From an uncultured Thermoleophilia bacterium (lineage in GTDB: Bacteria > Actinomycetota > Thermoleophilia > UBA2241): 64,000 bases of DNA. The stretch lies in the NCBI GenBank assembly GCA_963702475.1, contig CAVPCT010000001.1, positions 32,001 through 96,000 of the forward strand, read 5' to 3'. The notes beneath the pieces were generated by a model. That model was not told the DNA's origin and did no database searches. It was given only the letters and a program-made list of their open reading frames with translations. Shown one piece after another: positions 1 to 7,878 of the stretch. Within the stretch, counting starts at the first letter, position 1; each line of letters opens with the position of its first letter. A program made the translations under genes and the position numbers.

Positions 1-16
1 TCTCGAGAACGTCCAA
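1..16 (-). CDS. 5' end of a gene running off the left edge (MDVLE...)
   Basis: On the minus strand a strong RBS AAGGAGGAG (21-29) precedes TTG GAC GTT CTC GAG. Only 5 codons are visible. Confidence 0.4.
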
Positions 17-199
17 GATGCTCCTCCTTGCTGGCGTGCCGGCCACGCCGTCATGGTACACGAGCGCGGTGCGTGGCAGACCGGCTTGGGCAGGCACGCC
101 GTGGGCGGGGAGGTTTGTGTACTCCTGCCCAGGTCTGTCTCGACCACATTCAAGAGGCAGCGAGAGGCCGGATGATTGATGCATATGACCCGCTCCGCC

Positions 200-290
200 G
201 GCCCAGGTATGCGTTCCCGCTCCCCGCTTGGTCGAGGGCGACCAGCATGAAGCCGTAGAGCACGGCCGTCAGGAGCGCGAGCCCAGCCGT
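200..290 (-). pseudogene. EamA/DMT transporter remnant (internal fragment)
   Basis: TAGLALLTAVLYGFMLVALDQAGSGNAY aligns by eye with SAVLLAVLATGCWGFMLLALGTSGKDHPY of the intact EamA at 46386-47219. It has no start codon. Confidence 0.55.
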
Positions 291-438
291 GTGGCCCCGA
301 CAGGTGCGTTGCACCTCAGGAAGCGGCTCCGGTAGCCGGGTCACACCCCTGACCGCCTGAAGCCGACGGCAGCCCGCCCGAACACGCGGTGCAGGGGCTT
401 CCCCTGCTGGGGACTCGCCGGCAATGCGTCAGGCGAAC

Positions 439-453
439 ACCCCATCTCCACCC
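439..453 (+). repeat. 15-bp direct repeat ACCCCATCTCCACCC, copy 1 (copy 2 at 5501-5515)
   Basis: Exact match seen at both positions. ATGCGTCAGG also occurs upstream of both copies (424-433 and 5384-5393). Confidence 0.8.
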
Positions 454-577
454 TTGTCCCGTTGTCGCGCCCTGGACCCCGCAGTAGCATCGGGCGTGCA
501 CGTCGTCAGGCCCCTCGGGCCGCCTTGGCTTGCCGCACGTCGCCGGAGGGGCGATGGATCGTGGTCGAGGAGGGCCC

Positions 578-2113
578 ATGCATCCGCGTCGTCTGTCGCC
601 GTTCATCTGTGTACTGGCGATACTGCTCATCCTGGCGCCGGCCGCGGCCGCCGACCAGATCCTGGTGACCGGGATCAGTCCCAACTCCGGCGCGCCCGGC
701 ACCACCGTCTCGTGCACGGTGTATGGGTTCTTCTTCTGCCCCACGAACCCGGCCGTCTACGAGTTCGAGCCCTACTTCAACCTCGTGGGCCCGGGCGGGT
801 ACGACATCTCCGGCACGCCTCTGTCATTCGACGAACAGCAGGGCGCCTGGGCGCGTGTGAGCTTCGCCATCCCCTCTGCGGCTCCCAGCGGTGCCTACGA
901 TGTCGTTGCCAACCAGTGGTGGGACCTGTACGCGTACGGCGCCTCACGGCCCGGCGCCTTCAGCGTCACCGCCGTCACACCGGCCGTGACCGGCATCAAC
1001 CCTGCGTCCGTCACGGCCGGGAGTCCCGCATTCACCCTGAGCGTCTCCGGGACGAACTTCGCCACCGGCTCCGACGGGGCGGTGGTGCGCTGGAACTCCA
1101 GCGACCTGAGCACGACCCGCATCTCATCGACGACGCTGACCGCCGCGGTGCCTGCGTCGCTGGTGGCGACCTCCGGAACGGCGACCGTCTCCGTGCGTAA
1201 CGGCTCTGGGCTCTGGGCGCCGGTGTCGAACTCGGTCACCTTCTCCGTGGTCGCCGCTGCGCCGGTCGTGTCATCCCTCAGCCCCACGTTCGTGTGGGGT
1301 GGTTGCGTGCGCACCGACCTCGTCCTCACGGTGACGGGCAGCAACTTCGTCTCCGGATCGCGCATCGTGATCAACGGCGGGGAGAAGACCAACACAGCCT
1401 TCGTCACTGCGACGCAACTCTCGGTCCCGCTGACAGCGGCAGACATGGCGTTGCCGGTCACGAGCTTGACGATCAGCGTGAAGAACCCGCCGTTCCCGGG
1501 GGGGGCGGCGAGCGCCGGCAGCCTTCCGCTCACGATCCAGCCGGAGACCACCTACCCGACGGTGACCATCGCCGGGGCGGACAGTGCCTGGCACAACACG
1601 TCGGTGACGCTGACGTTCGCGGCGTCCGACACGCAGTCGGGCGTGCAGAGGGTGGTGTACATGTCCGCTCCGACGGTGCCCTCGTGGACCGACGGGACGT
1701 CGTACACGGTGCCGACCAGCGCCCAAGGTGCCGTCACCGTGAACGTGCAGGCGCTGGACTGGTGCAACAGGGCTGGCACCGCGACCGCCACCGTGTACAT
1801 CGACACTACCGAGCCGGGCACCGAGACGCTCGGCAACGTGACGGTGAAGAAGGGCAAGACGGCGCGGCTCCGGTACCGCGTCACCGAACCGGCCGGGCTC
1901 AGCCCCAAGGCCGACGTGTCCATCAAGATCGAGCGGAGCAGCGGCTCGACGGTCAAGAGCTTCACCGTGGATGCCGTGTCCGTGAACACCGATCTGACGA
2001 AGAGCTTCACGTGCTCGCTCGCCAAGGGCAGGTACACCTGGTACGTCTACGCTACCGACCTGGCCGGCAACACCCAGAAGAACGTGGCGCGCGCGAAGCT
2101 CGTGGTGAAGTGA
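578..2113 (+). CDS. Secreted IPT/TIG (Ig-like) domain surface protein
   Basis: RBS GAGGAGG before ATG 578, signal peptide ending APAAAA, repeated IPT-type segments (VTGISPNSGAPG, VTGINPASVTAG, VSSLSP) and a beta-rich C-terminal domain. Confidence 0.8.
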   Translation: MHPRRLSPFICVLAILLILAPAAAADQILVTGISPNSGAPGTTVSCTVYGFFFCPTNPAVYEFEPYFNLVGPGGYDISGTPLSFDEQQGAWARVSFAIPSAAPSGAYDVVANQWWDLYAYGASRPGAFSVTAVTPAVTGINPASVTAGSPAFTLSVSGTNFATGSDGAVVRWNSSDLSTTRISSTTLTAAVPASLVATSGTATVSVRNGSGLWAPVSNSVTFSVVAAAPVVSSLSPTFVWGGCVRTDLVLTVTGSNFVSGSRIVINGGEKTNTAFVTATQLSVPLTAADMALPVTSLTISVKNPPFPGGAASAGSLPLTIQPETTYPTVTIAGADSAWHNTSVTLTFAASDTQSGVQRVVYMSAPTVPSWTDGTSYTVPTSAQGAVTVNVQALDWCNRAGTATATVYIDTTEPGTETLGNVTVKKGKTARLRYRVTEPAGLSPKADVSIKIERSSGSTVKSFTVDAVSVNTDLTKSFTCSLAKGRYTWYVYATDLAGNTQKNVARAKLVVK

Positions 2114-2288
2114 CACGCGCCGGCTCGCGGCCGTCGCGAGCCGGCGCGAGCGGCCGGGGCGGGCCGGCGGTTCCGCGACCCGCCCCGGCCGGCCATGCGT
2201 CTCGGAGGCCGTCGGCGTACGTGCGGTCGTATGATGTGGGTGGTGGAACGGCCGGTCACATGGAGCCCACGAGGATCCGGGAGCGGAC

Positions 2289-3221
2289 ATGGTCGCAGGC
2301 GGGGACGAGCTGACCATCGGGGCAGGGGGCACGGCTGAGCCGGGACTCCGGACCGACGGTGACGGCGTCGGCACCGGGGACCTCGCCATCGAGGTCCAGG
2401 ACCTCAGCAAGCACTACGGCGAAGTGCGCGCCGTCGACGGCATCTCCTTCACGGCGCGGGCCGGCGAGGTCCTGGGCTTGCTGGGCCACAACGGCGCCGG
2501 CAAGACCACGACCATCAGGATGCTGACCGGTCGCGCGCGCCCGACCGGCGGCCGCGCGCGCGTCGCCGGCTACGACGTGGTCGAGCAGCGCGAGCACATG
2601 AAGCCACTCATCAACCTCGTGTTCGAGGAGCAGAACCTCTACGAACGGCTCACGGGGCGCGAGAACCTGCAGCTGTTCGCCGAGCTCTACGACGTGCCTC
2701 GCGCGCGCGTCGACGAGCTCCTCACGGCCGTGCGCCTCAGCGAAGCCGCCAGGCGCAAGGTCAAGACCTACTCCAGCGGCATGAAGCAGCGCCTGCTGGT
2801 GGCGCGTGCTCTGCTCAACGAGCCGCGCGTCCTCTTCCTCGACGAGCCTACGCGCGGCCTCGACCCGACCTCGGCGCGTGAGGTCCGCGAGATGGTCCGC
2901 GAGCAGGCCGCACGCGGCACCACCGTGTTCCTCACCACGCACTACATGGAGGAGGCCGACGAGCTCTGCGACCGCGTCGCCTTTCTCTCGGCCGGCAGGA
3001 TCGTCGCCCTCGACACGCCGCGCGAGCTCAAGCTGCGCTACGGCGAGCGCACGGCGCTGGTGCTGCTCGACACGCGTGAGGAGGTCCGTCTGCGCCTCGA
3101 CGACCCCGCGGACGGCGCCCGCCTCGAGGCGTGGATGGCCGAGGGCAAGGTCCTCACTGTGCACTCCCAGGAGGGCACGCTCGAGGACGTGTTCGTCAAT
3201 CTCGCCGGGAGGCCGCTGTGA
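2289..3221 (+). CDS. ABC-2 type transporter ATP-binding protein
   Basis: Walker A GHNGAGKTT, signature YSSGMKQR, Walker B VLFLDEP, H-loop TTHYM. Confidence 0.95.
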   Translation: MVAGGDELTIGAGGTAEPGLRTDGDGVGTGDLAIEVQDLSKHYGEVRAVDGISFTARAGEVLGLLGHNGAGKTTTIRMLTGRARPTGGRARVAGYDVVEQREHMKPLINLVFEEQNLYERLTGRENLQLFAELYDVPRARVDELLTAVRLSEAARRKVKTYSSGMKQRLLVARALLNEPRVLFLDEPTRGLDPTSAREVREMVREQAARGTTVFLTTHYMEEADELCDRVAFLSAGRIVALDTPRELKLRYGERTALVLLDTREEVRLRLDDPADGARLEAWMAEGKVLTVHSQEGTLEDVFVNLAGRPL

Positions 3222-4327
3222 TGGCGGGTCTCACCTGGCGCCGCCTGCGCGCCATCTACCGCAAGGACATGCGTGACGCGATCCGTGACAGCCGGGTGCT
3301 CACGGCGCTCCTCATGCCCCTGGCCCTGGGTCTGCTGTACTCCTTCATGTTCTCCGACGAGAGCGTGCAGGTGCAGAAGGGCACGGTCGGCATCGTCGCC
3401 GCGGGTCCGACGCAGCTCCAGCAGGCCATCTCGCAGCAGGTGAAGGGGAGTCTGCTGCGCTTGAGCTTCGTCAGGTTCTCCGACGTCGCCGCTCTGCAGC
3501 GGCAGGTGCGGCAGGAGGAGATCGACGTCGGCCTCATCGTACCCGAAGGGTTCGACGAGGCGGTCGCGATGGGTGAGGCGCCGACGCTCACCATCGTCCT
3601 TCCGACTTCGCCCAGGTACGACACCGGCTACGTGCGGGCGGTCATCGACCGCAGCGTCGCCGCCATGGCGGGGCGCGCGCCGCCGGCGACGATCGTCGTG
3701 CGCACGCTGCCGCCGGAGGCGGGTGGCAGCACAGCGGCGATCGACGTGCTCGGGGCGCGCAAGGACTTCATCATCATCTCCATCGTCCTGCTGTTGTGCA
3801 TGGTCGCCGTCTACGCCGTGCCTGCGGTGCTCGTCGAGGAGTTCGAGAAGAAGACGATGGAGGCGCTCAGCCTCATCGCCTCGGCCGCCGAGGTGATCGG
3901 CGCGAAGGCCCTGTTCGGCATCACCCTGAGTGTGGTCTCGGTGCCGATCCTGCTGGCGATCACGCGCGGCCGGCCCGCCGACCTCGTGGCCCTGGCCGCC
4001 GCGGTCGTCGTGTCGGCCGTCGTGCTCGTCGGCATCGGGCTGCTCTTCGCCGGCCTGATGAAGAACCAGCAGCAGATCAACACGTGGAGCGGCGCCCTGC
4101 TGCTGCCGCTCCTGGCCCCGGCGATCGTGGTCGGTATGCCGGCGCCCGACGCCGTGAACCAGGCCCTGGCCTTCATCCCCACCGCCCAGAGCTTCCGCCT
4201 GATGGCCAACGCCTTCGCCGGCCGCACGCTGTACCCGGACGAGGTGCTGTCGTACGCCGTGCTCGTAGCGTGGGGGGTGGGAGTCTACGCCCTGCTGTGG
4301 TGGCGGCTGTCGCGGCAGGAGGCGTAG
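3221..4327 (+). CDS. ABC-2 type transporter permease
   Basis: Start overlaps the ATPase stop. N-terminal TM, large extracellular loop, EEFEKKTMEAL motif and several C-terminal TMs. Confidence 0.9.
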   Translation: MAGLTWRRLRAIYRKDMRDAIRDSRVLTALLMPLALGLLYSFMFSDESVQVQKGTVGIVAAGPTQLQQAISQQVKGSLLRLSFVRFSDVAALQRQVRQEEIDVGLIVPEGFDEAVAMGEAPTLTIVLPTSPRYDTGYVRAVIDRSVAAMAGRAPPATIVVRTLPPEAGGSTAAIDVLGARKDFIIISIVLLLCMVAVYAVPAVLVEEFEKKTMEALSLIASAAEVIGAKALFGITLSVVSVPILLAITRGRPADLVALAAAVVVSAVVLVGIGLLFAGLMKNQQQINTWSGALLLPLLAPAIVVGMPAPDAVNQALAFIPTAQSFRLMANAFAGRTLYPDEVLSYAVLVAWGVGVYALLWWRLSRQEA

Positions 4328-4389
4328 CGCGGAGGTCCGGCCGGGCGCGTTCGCGACCCGTGGCGATCTGCCTCCGGGGCGCGGCGCCT

Positions 4390-4833
4390 CTACCCGGAGA
4401 GGCTCTTGACCATGCGCACCGTCGTGCCGCGGCGGCCGGACTCGACGCTGACCGAGTCCATCATGGTCTCGATGAGGAACACCCCGCGGCCGTGCACCCG
4501 GCGCAGGTCGGGCATCGGCCGCCGGCCCGTCCCGGGCAGGGTGAAGCCGGTGCCGCCATCGCGCACCTCCACGGCGGCCGCGCTCTCCGACACGCACGCC
4601 GAGACGCGGATCCGGCCGTCGCTGCCGGCGTGCGTGACGGCGTTGCTGAACGCCTCGTCTGCTGCGAGCACCACCTGATAAGCGACGGCCGCGTCGACGG
4701 CCTGTCGCGCAAGGTACGCGCGAAGCGCCGCGCGCATCCGGGCGGCGGCCGCGCGGCGCGATGGGTAGACCTCCGCCATCTGCTCGTTTCGGCACCGCGC
4801 GACTCGCGGACCCCCTTCACGCACTGTCGGCAT
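4390..4833 (-). CDS. RsbW-like anti-sigma factor / HATPase_c protein (start may be 4779)
   Basis: GHKL boxes EAFSNAVTHA (N), EVRDGGTGF (G1), GRGVFLI (G2) and GTTVRMVK. Confidence 0.85.
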   Translation of the reverse strand: MPTVREGGPRVARCRNEQMAEVYPSRRAAAARMRAALRAYLARQAVDAAVAYQVVLAADEAFSNAVTHAGSDGRIRVSACVSESAAAVEVRDGGTGFTLPGTGRRPMPDLRRVHGRGVFLIETMMDSVSVESGRRGTTVRMVKSLSG

Positions 4834-4934
4834 CTCCCGCACGCCTGCCCCTTCCACTCGCGCCTTTCGGCGCCGTAGCCGGGCTTCCATCATGTTTATC
4901 GGCACACGGGCGAGGCTGATTCTGGGACGAACGT

Positions 4935-4956
4935 CTAGTGTCCTGGATCGGAACTT
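4935..4956. mobile_element. Possible solo IS630-family terminal remnant
   Basis: CTAGTGTCCTGGATCGGAACTT. The reverse strand reads ..SSDPGH-stop, resembling the ends of actinobacterial IS630 elements as I recall them. It abuts a 5'-truncated gene. No transposase or second end is seen. Confidence 0.3.
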
Positions 4957-5296
4957 CCCGCCGACGCCCTTGGCGTCGCCTACGAGCCGGGCGCGGTCAG
5001 CCACATCGTGACCTGCACGCAGGGTTACCCGTACTTCCTCCAGGAGTACGGACACATCGTGTGGGACGAATCCTCGGACTCGCCCATCTCCGAGGACGAC
5101 ACGAGGCCGGTGCAGCCCATCGTGGAGGAGCGCCTCGACGAGTGCTTTTTCAGGGTCGGGGCCGAGCGCACGATGGAGCTGGAGCTGCGCTACCTGTTCG
5201 CGATGGCCGAGCTCGGACCGGAACCGCATCGGGCCACAGTGGTGGCGCGACGCAATGGGCGCACCGTTGAGCTGGCGGGCCCCCTGCGGTCTCAGC
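4957..5296 (+). pseudogene. Internal fragment of an AAA+ ATPase with C-terminal winged helix
   Basis: PADALGVAYEPGAVSHIVTCTQGYPYFLQEYG...LDECFFRV...ELRYLFAMAELGPEP...GPLRSQ matches the post-ATPase part of this family. Walker motifs and the C-terminus are missing. Confidence 0.7.
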
Positions 5297-5385
5297 AGCC
5301 CGGCAGCCACCGGGATGACCACCTGGACGGCGAGGACCGCGGAGACGACGCTCATCGTGCCGATGGCGAGCAGGGCCGCGAGCAT
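5293..5385 (-). pseudogene. EamA/DMT transporter remnant (N-terminus with internal deletion)
   Basis: MLAALLA joined directly to IGTMSVVSAVLAVQVVIPVAAGLL, corresponding to residues 1-7 and about 85-108 of the EamA at 46386-47219. Confidence 0.7.
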
Positions 5386-5500
5386 GCGTCAGGTCTTCGG
5401 GCGCAGGCGGGTCGGGCTCCGATGCCGAAGCGCACCGCCGTCGGCCTGCTCCATCGGAGCGACACTGCTCGCCCACGGCGCCTCTCGGCCTTGGTCCATG

Positions 5501-5515
5501 ACCCCATCTCCACCC
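5501..5515 (+). repeat. 15-bp direct repeat ACCCCATCTCCACCC, copy 2
   Basis: Exact match to 439-453. Confidence 0.8.
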
Positions 5516-5566
5516 AGCGCACCCCGGTCTCGCCGCCTCAGGCAACGGACCCGATGGGACGAAACG

Positions 5567-5575
5567 TGCTATGCT
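5567..5575 (+). promoter_or_regulatory. Extended -10 promoter element for cspA
   Basis: TG-C-TATGCT about 120 nt upstream of the cspA ATG. Confidence 0.5.
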
Positions 5576-5608
5576 CTCGGAGCGCGGGCCATCCCGGCTC
5601 GTGGGACT

Positions 5609-5655
5609 GCGACGTGACGCACCGCATTCTGGCGGTGAGGCTCACGTCGCTTTTT
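5609..5655 (+). terminator. Intrinsic-terminator-like hairpin in the cspA leader
   Basis: GCGACGTGA/TCACGTCGC outer stem, ACCGC/GCGGT inner stem, followed by TTTTT. Confidence 0.6.
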
Positions 5656-5693
5656 CGGTTTGTGGCCCCGTGGGGCGAGAGGATGAGACTGAA

Positions 5694-5897
5694 ATGGCAG
5701 AGGGCAAAGTCAAGTGGTTCAACGCAGACAAGGGGTACGGGTTCATCGAGCGCGAGGGCGGCGACGACCTGTTCGTGCACATCTCCGAGATCCAGGGCGA
5801 CGGCGTGAAGAACCTCGTCGAGGGTCAGGCCGTGTCCTTCACGGAAGCCACCGGCCAGAAGGGCAAGCCTGAGGCGACGCAGGTGACCCCGCTCTAA
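5694..5897 (+). CDS. cspA: Cold-shock protein
   Basis: [15 protein letters not shown] (RNP1) and DLFVHIS (RNP2); 67 aa. Confidence 0.97.
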   Translation: MAEGKVKWFNADKGYGFIEREGGDDLFVHISEIQGDGVKNLVEGQAVSFTEATGQKGKPEATQVTPL

Positions 5898-5913
5898 GAG
5901 CGCTCACGCAGAC

Positions 5914-5955
5914 GCAAGGCGCCGGGCGGCTGTCGATGCCGCCCGGCCCGCTTGC
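5914..5955 (+). terminator. Hairpin downstream of cspA
   Basis: GCCGGGCGGC/GCCGCCCGGC 10-bp stem with outer GCAAG/CTTGC pairing. Confidence 0.55.
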
Positions 5956-6012
5956 TCACACGACGCGCACCCTCCCGGTCGCCAGACGGGCCGGCCGACC
6001 AGATTGGCGGAC

Positions 6013-6753
6013 ATGGAGCTGCTCCTGCTCTCGAACTCCACCAACTACGGCGGCACCATGTTCTCCCATGCCGCGCAGGCATTCTCCGCCGTCTCGGCCG
6101 GTAGCGTCGTGACGTTCATCCCGTACACGCTCGCGGACTGGGACGACTACGCAGACAGAGCCATTTCGGCGCTCGGATCCTTCGGCATCGATGCCGTGTC
6201 GGCTCACCGTTCCGGCGCTCCGGACCGGGCGATCCTCGAGGCCGAGGTCGTGATGATGGGCGGCGGCAACACGTTCCGGCTGCTCGACTCGCTGTATCGC
6301 CTCGGCGTGGTCGAGGGGCTCGGCGCCCGGGTGCGCGCCGGCGCCACCCGCTACGTGGGCGCCTCCGCCGGCACCAACGTCGCCTGCCCGACGATCCGCA
6401 CCACCAACGACATGCCGATCTGCCGGCCCCCCAGCTTCGCGGCGCTCGGGCTGGTGCCGTTCCAGATCAACCTGCACTACATCGACGCCGACCCGGCCTC
6501 GACCTTCATGGGCGAGACACGGGAGGAGCGTATCGCGGAGTTTCTCGAGGAGAACGACTGCGCCGTGCTGGCGCTGTACGAGGGCTCCTGGCTGCGTGTC
6601 AGTGGCGAGTCCGCGGTGGTCACCGGCCGCGGGCGGCTGTTCGAGCGCCAGGACGTCGGCACGTTCCACCAGGGCCTCGACGTCTCCGGGCTCCTCGGGC
6701 ACACGCCGCGCTTCGACGGCGGCAGACGACCAGAGCCGGGAGGTTCATCATGA
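6013..6753 (+). CDS. pepE: Dipeptidase E (alpha-aspartyl dipeptidase, peptidase S51)
   Basis: MELLLLSNST, GGGNTFRLL, catalytic GASAG, PTIRTTNDMPI, FQINLHY, GETREERI. Confidence 0.95.
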   Translation: MELLLLSNSTNYGGTMFSHAAQAFSAVSAGSVVTFIPYTLADWDDYADRAISALGSFGIDAVSAHRSGAPDRAILEAEVVMMGGGNTFRLLDSLYRLGVVEGLGARVRAGATRYVGASAGTNVACPTIRTTNDMPICRPPSFAALGLVPFQINLHYIDADPASTFMGETREERIAEFLEENDCAVLALYEGSWLRVSGESAVVTGRGRLFERQDVGTFHQGLDVSGLLGHTPRFDGGRRPEPGGSS

Positions 6754-7838
6754 TGGGCAAGTCCGCGGTCGTGTACTCCGAGGCGTTCTTCGGCACCCCC
6801 GACGGCAAGACCGCCAACGGCCTGGTGCGGCACTCGGAGAAGTACGAGGTGCTCTCGGTGATCGACAGCACGAAGACGGGAGTCGACGCCGGCGCCTATC
6901 TGGACGACGTCCCCAACGGCATCCCGATCTGCGCCGACCTCGCGGACGCCATCGCTCTCGCGGGCCGCGTGCCCGACGTCTTCATCATCGGCGTGGCGCC
7001 CCTCAGCGGCCTGCTCTCTCCGCACCAGCGCGGCGTGGTGCTCGACGCGATGCGCCGCGGCATGTCCATCGTCAACGGCCTGCACGAGTTCCTGAACGAG
7101 GACCCGGAGTTCACGGTGGCCGCGGCGAAGTACGGCGTCCTGATCGACGACGTGCGCCGTCCGCGCGCCAAGAAGGACCTGCGTATGTTCACGGGCGGCA
7201 TCGATGAGGTGACCTGCCCTCGCATCGCCGTTCTGGGCACAGACGGTGCCATCGGCAAGCGGACGACCGCGGTCATCCTCACTCGCGCGCTTGTCGAGAG
7301 AGGCATCAAGGCGGTGATGGTCGGCACCGGACAGACCGGTCTCATCCAGGGCGCGCGCTACGGCATCGCGCTCGACGCCATCCCCTGCCAGTTCTGCTCG
7401 GGCGAGATGGAGGCAGCCGTCATGGAGGCGTTCGAGGGCGAGCATCCGGACGTCATCGTCATCGAGGGGCAGGGCGCGCTGAGCCATCCCGCCTACTTGT
7501 CGTCGACCTTCATCCTCAGAGGCGCGCGGCCCGACGCCGTCATCCTGCAGCACGCGCCCGCACGCCGCATGCTGGGCGACTTTCCGGACGTGCGCACTCC
7601 GACGCCCGCCAGTGAGATCGCCCTGCTGCGGGCGTTCGCCGGCACGCCGGTCATCGGCCTGGCCATCAACCACGAGGACATGACCGACGCCGAGGTCAGC
7701 GCGGCGATCATCCTGTACGAGCTCGAGCTCGGCATCCCGGCCACGGACGCGCTCACGCGGCCGGCCGGCCGCCTGGTCGACATGGTGCTGGCGGCGTTCC
7801 CGGCGCTGGAGGCGAGGCTCACGCTCGGCGTCGCCTGA
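6750..7838 (+). CDS. DUF1611 family protein (DgcN-like)
   Basis: GKTANGLVRH, NGLHEFL, GTDGAIGKRTT, GTGQTG, IEGQGALSHPAY. ATGA overlap with pepE. Confidence 0.9.
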   Translation: MMGKSAVVYSEAFFGTPDGKTANGLVRHSEKYEVLSVIDSTKTGVDAGAYLDDVPNGIPICADLADAIALAGRVPDVFIIGVAPLSGLLSPHQRGVVLDAMRRGMSIVNGLHEFLNEDPEFTVAAAKYGVLIDDVRRPRAKKDLRMFTGGIDEVTCPRIAVLGTDGAIGKRTTAVILTRALVERGIKAVMVGTGQTGLIQGARYGIALDAIPCQFCSGEMEAAVMEAFEGEHPDVIVIEGQGALSHPAYLSSTFILRGARPDAVILQHAPARRMLGDFPDVRTPTPASEIALLRAFAGTPVIGLAINHEDMTDAEVSAAIILYELELGIPATDALTRPAGRLVDMVLAAFPALEARLTLGVA

Positions 7839-7878
7839 CCTCGTTCTGACGACGCGCGGCGGCGCGCGGCGCTACGCC

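Noticed and set aside
300-420. Possible c-di-GMP-type riboswitch upstream of the IPT gene
   Set aside because: It lacks the GGCAAAC / GAAA / GACGCAAAGC core and is better explained as decayed EamA-locus sequence.
4390-5385. 331-aa ORF looking like a membrane-anchored anti-sigma factor
   Set aside because: The hydrophobic N-terminus is an EamA remnant and the middle is the antisense of an AAA fragment. It is an accidental open frame.
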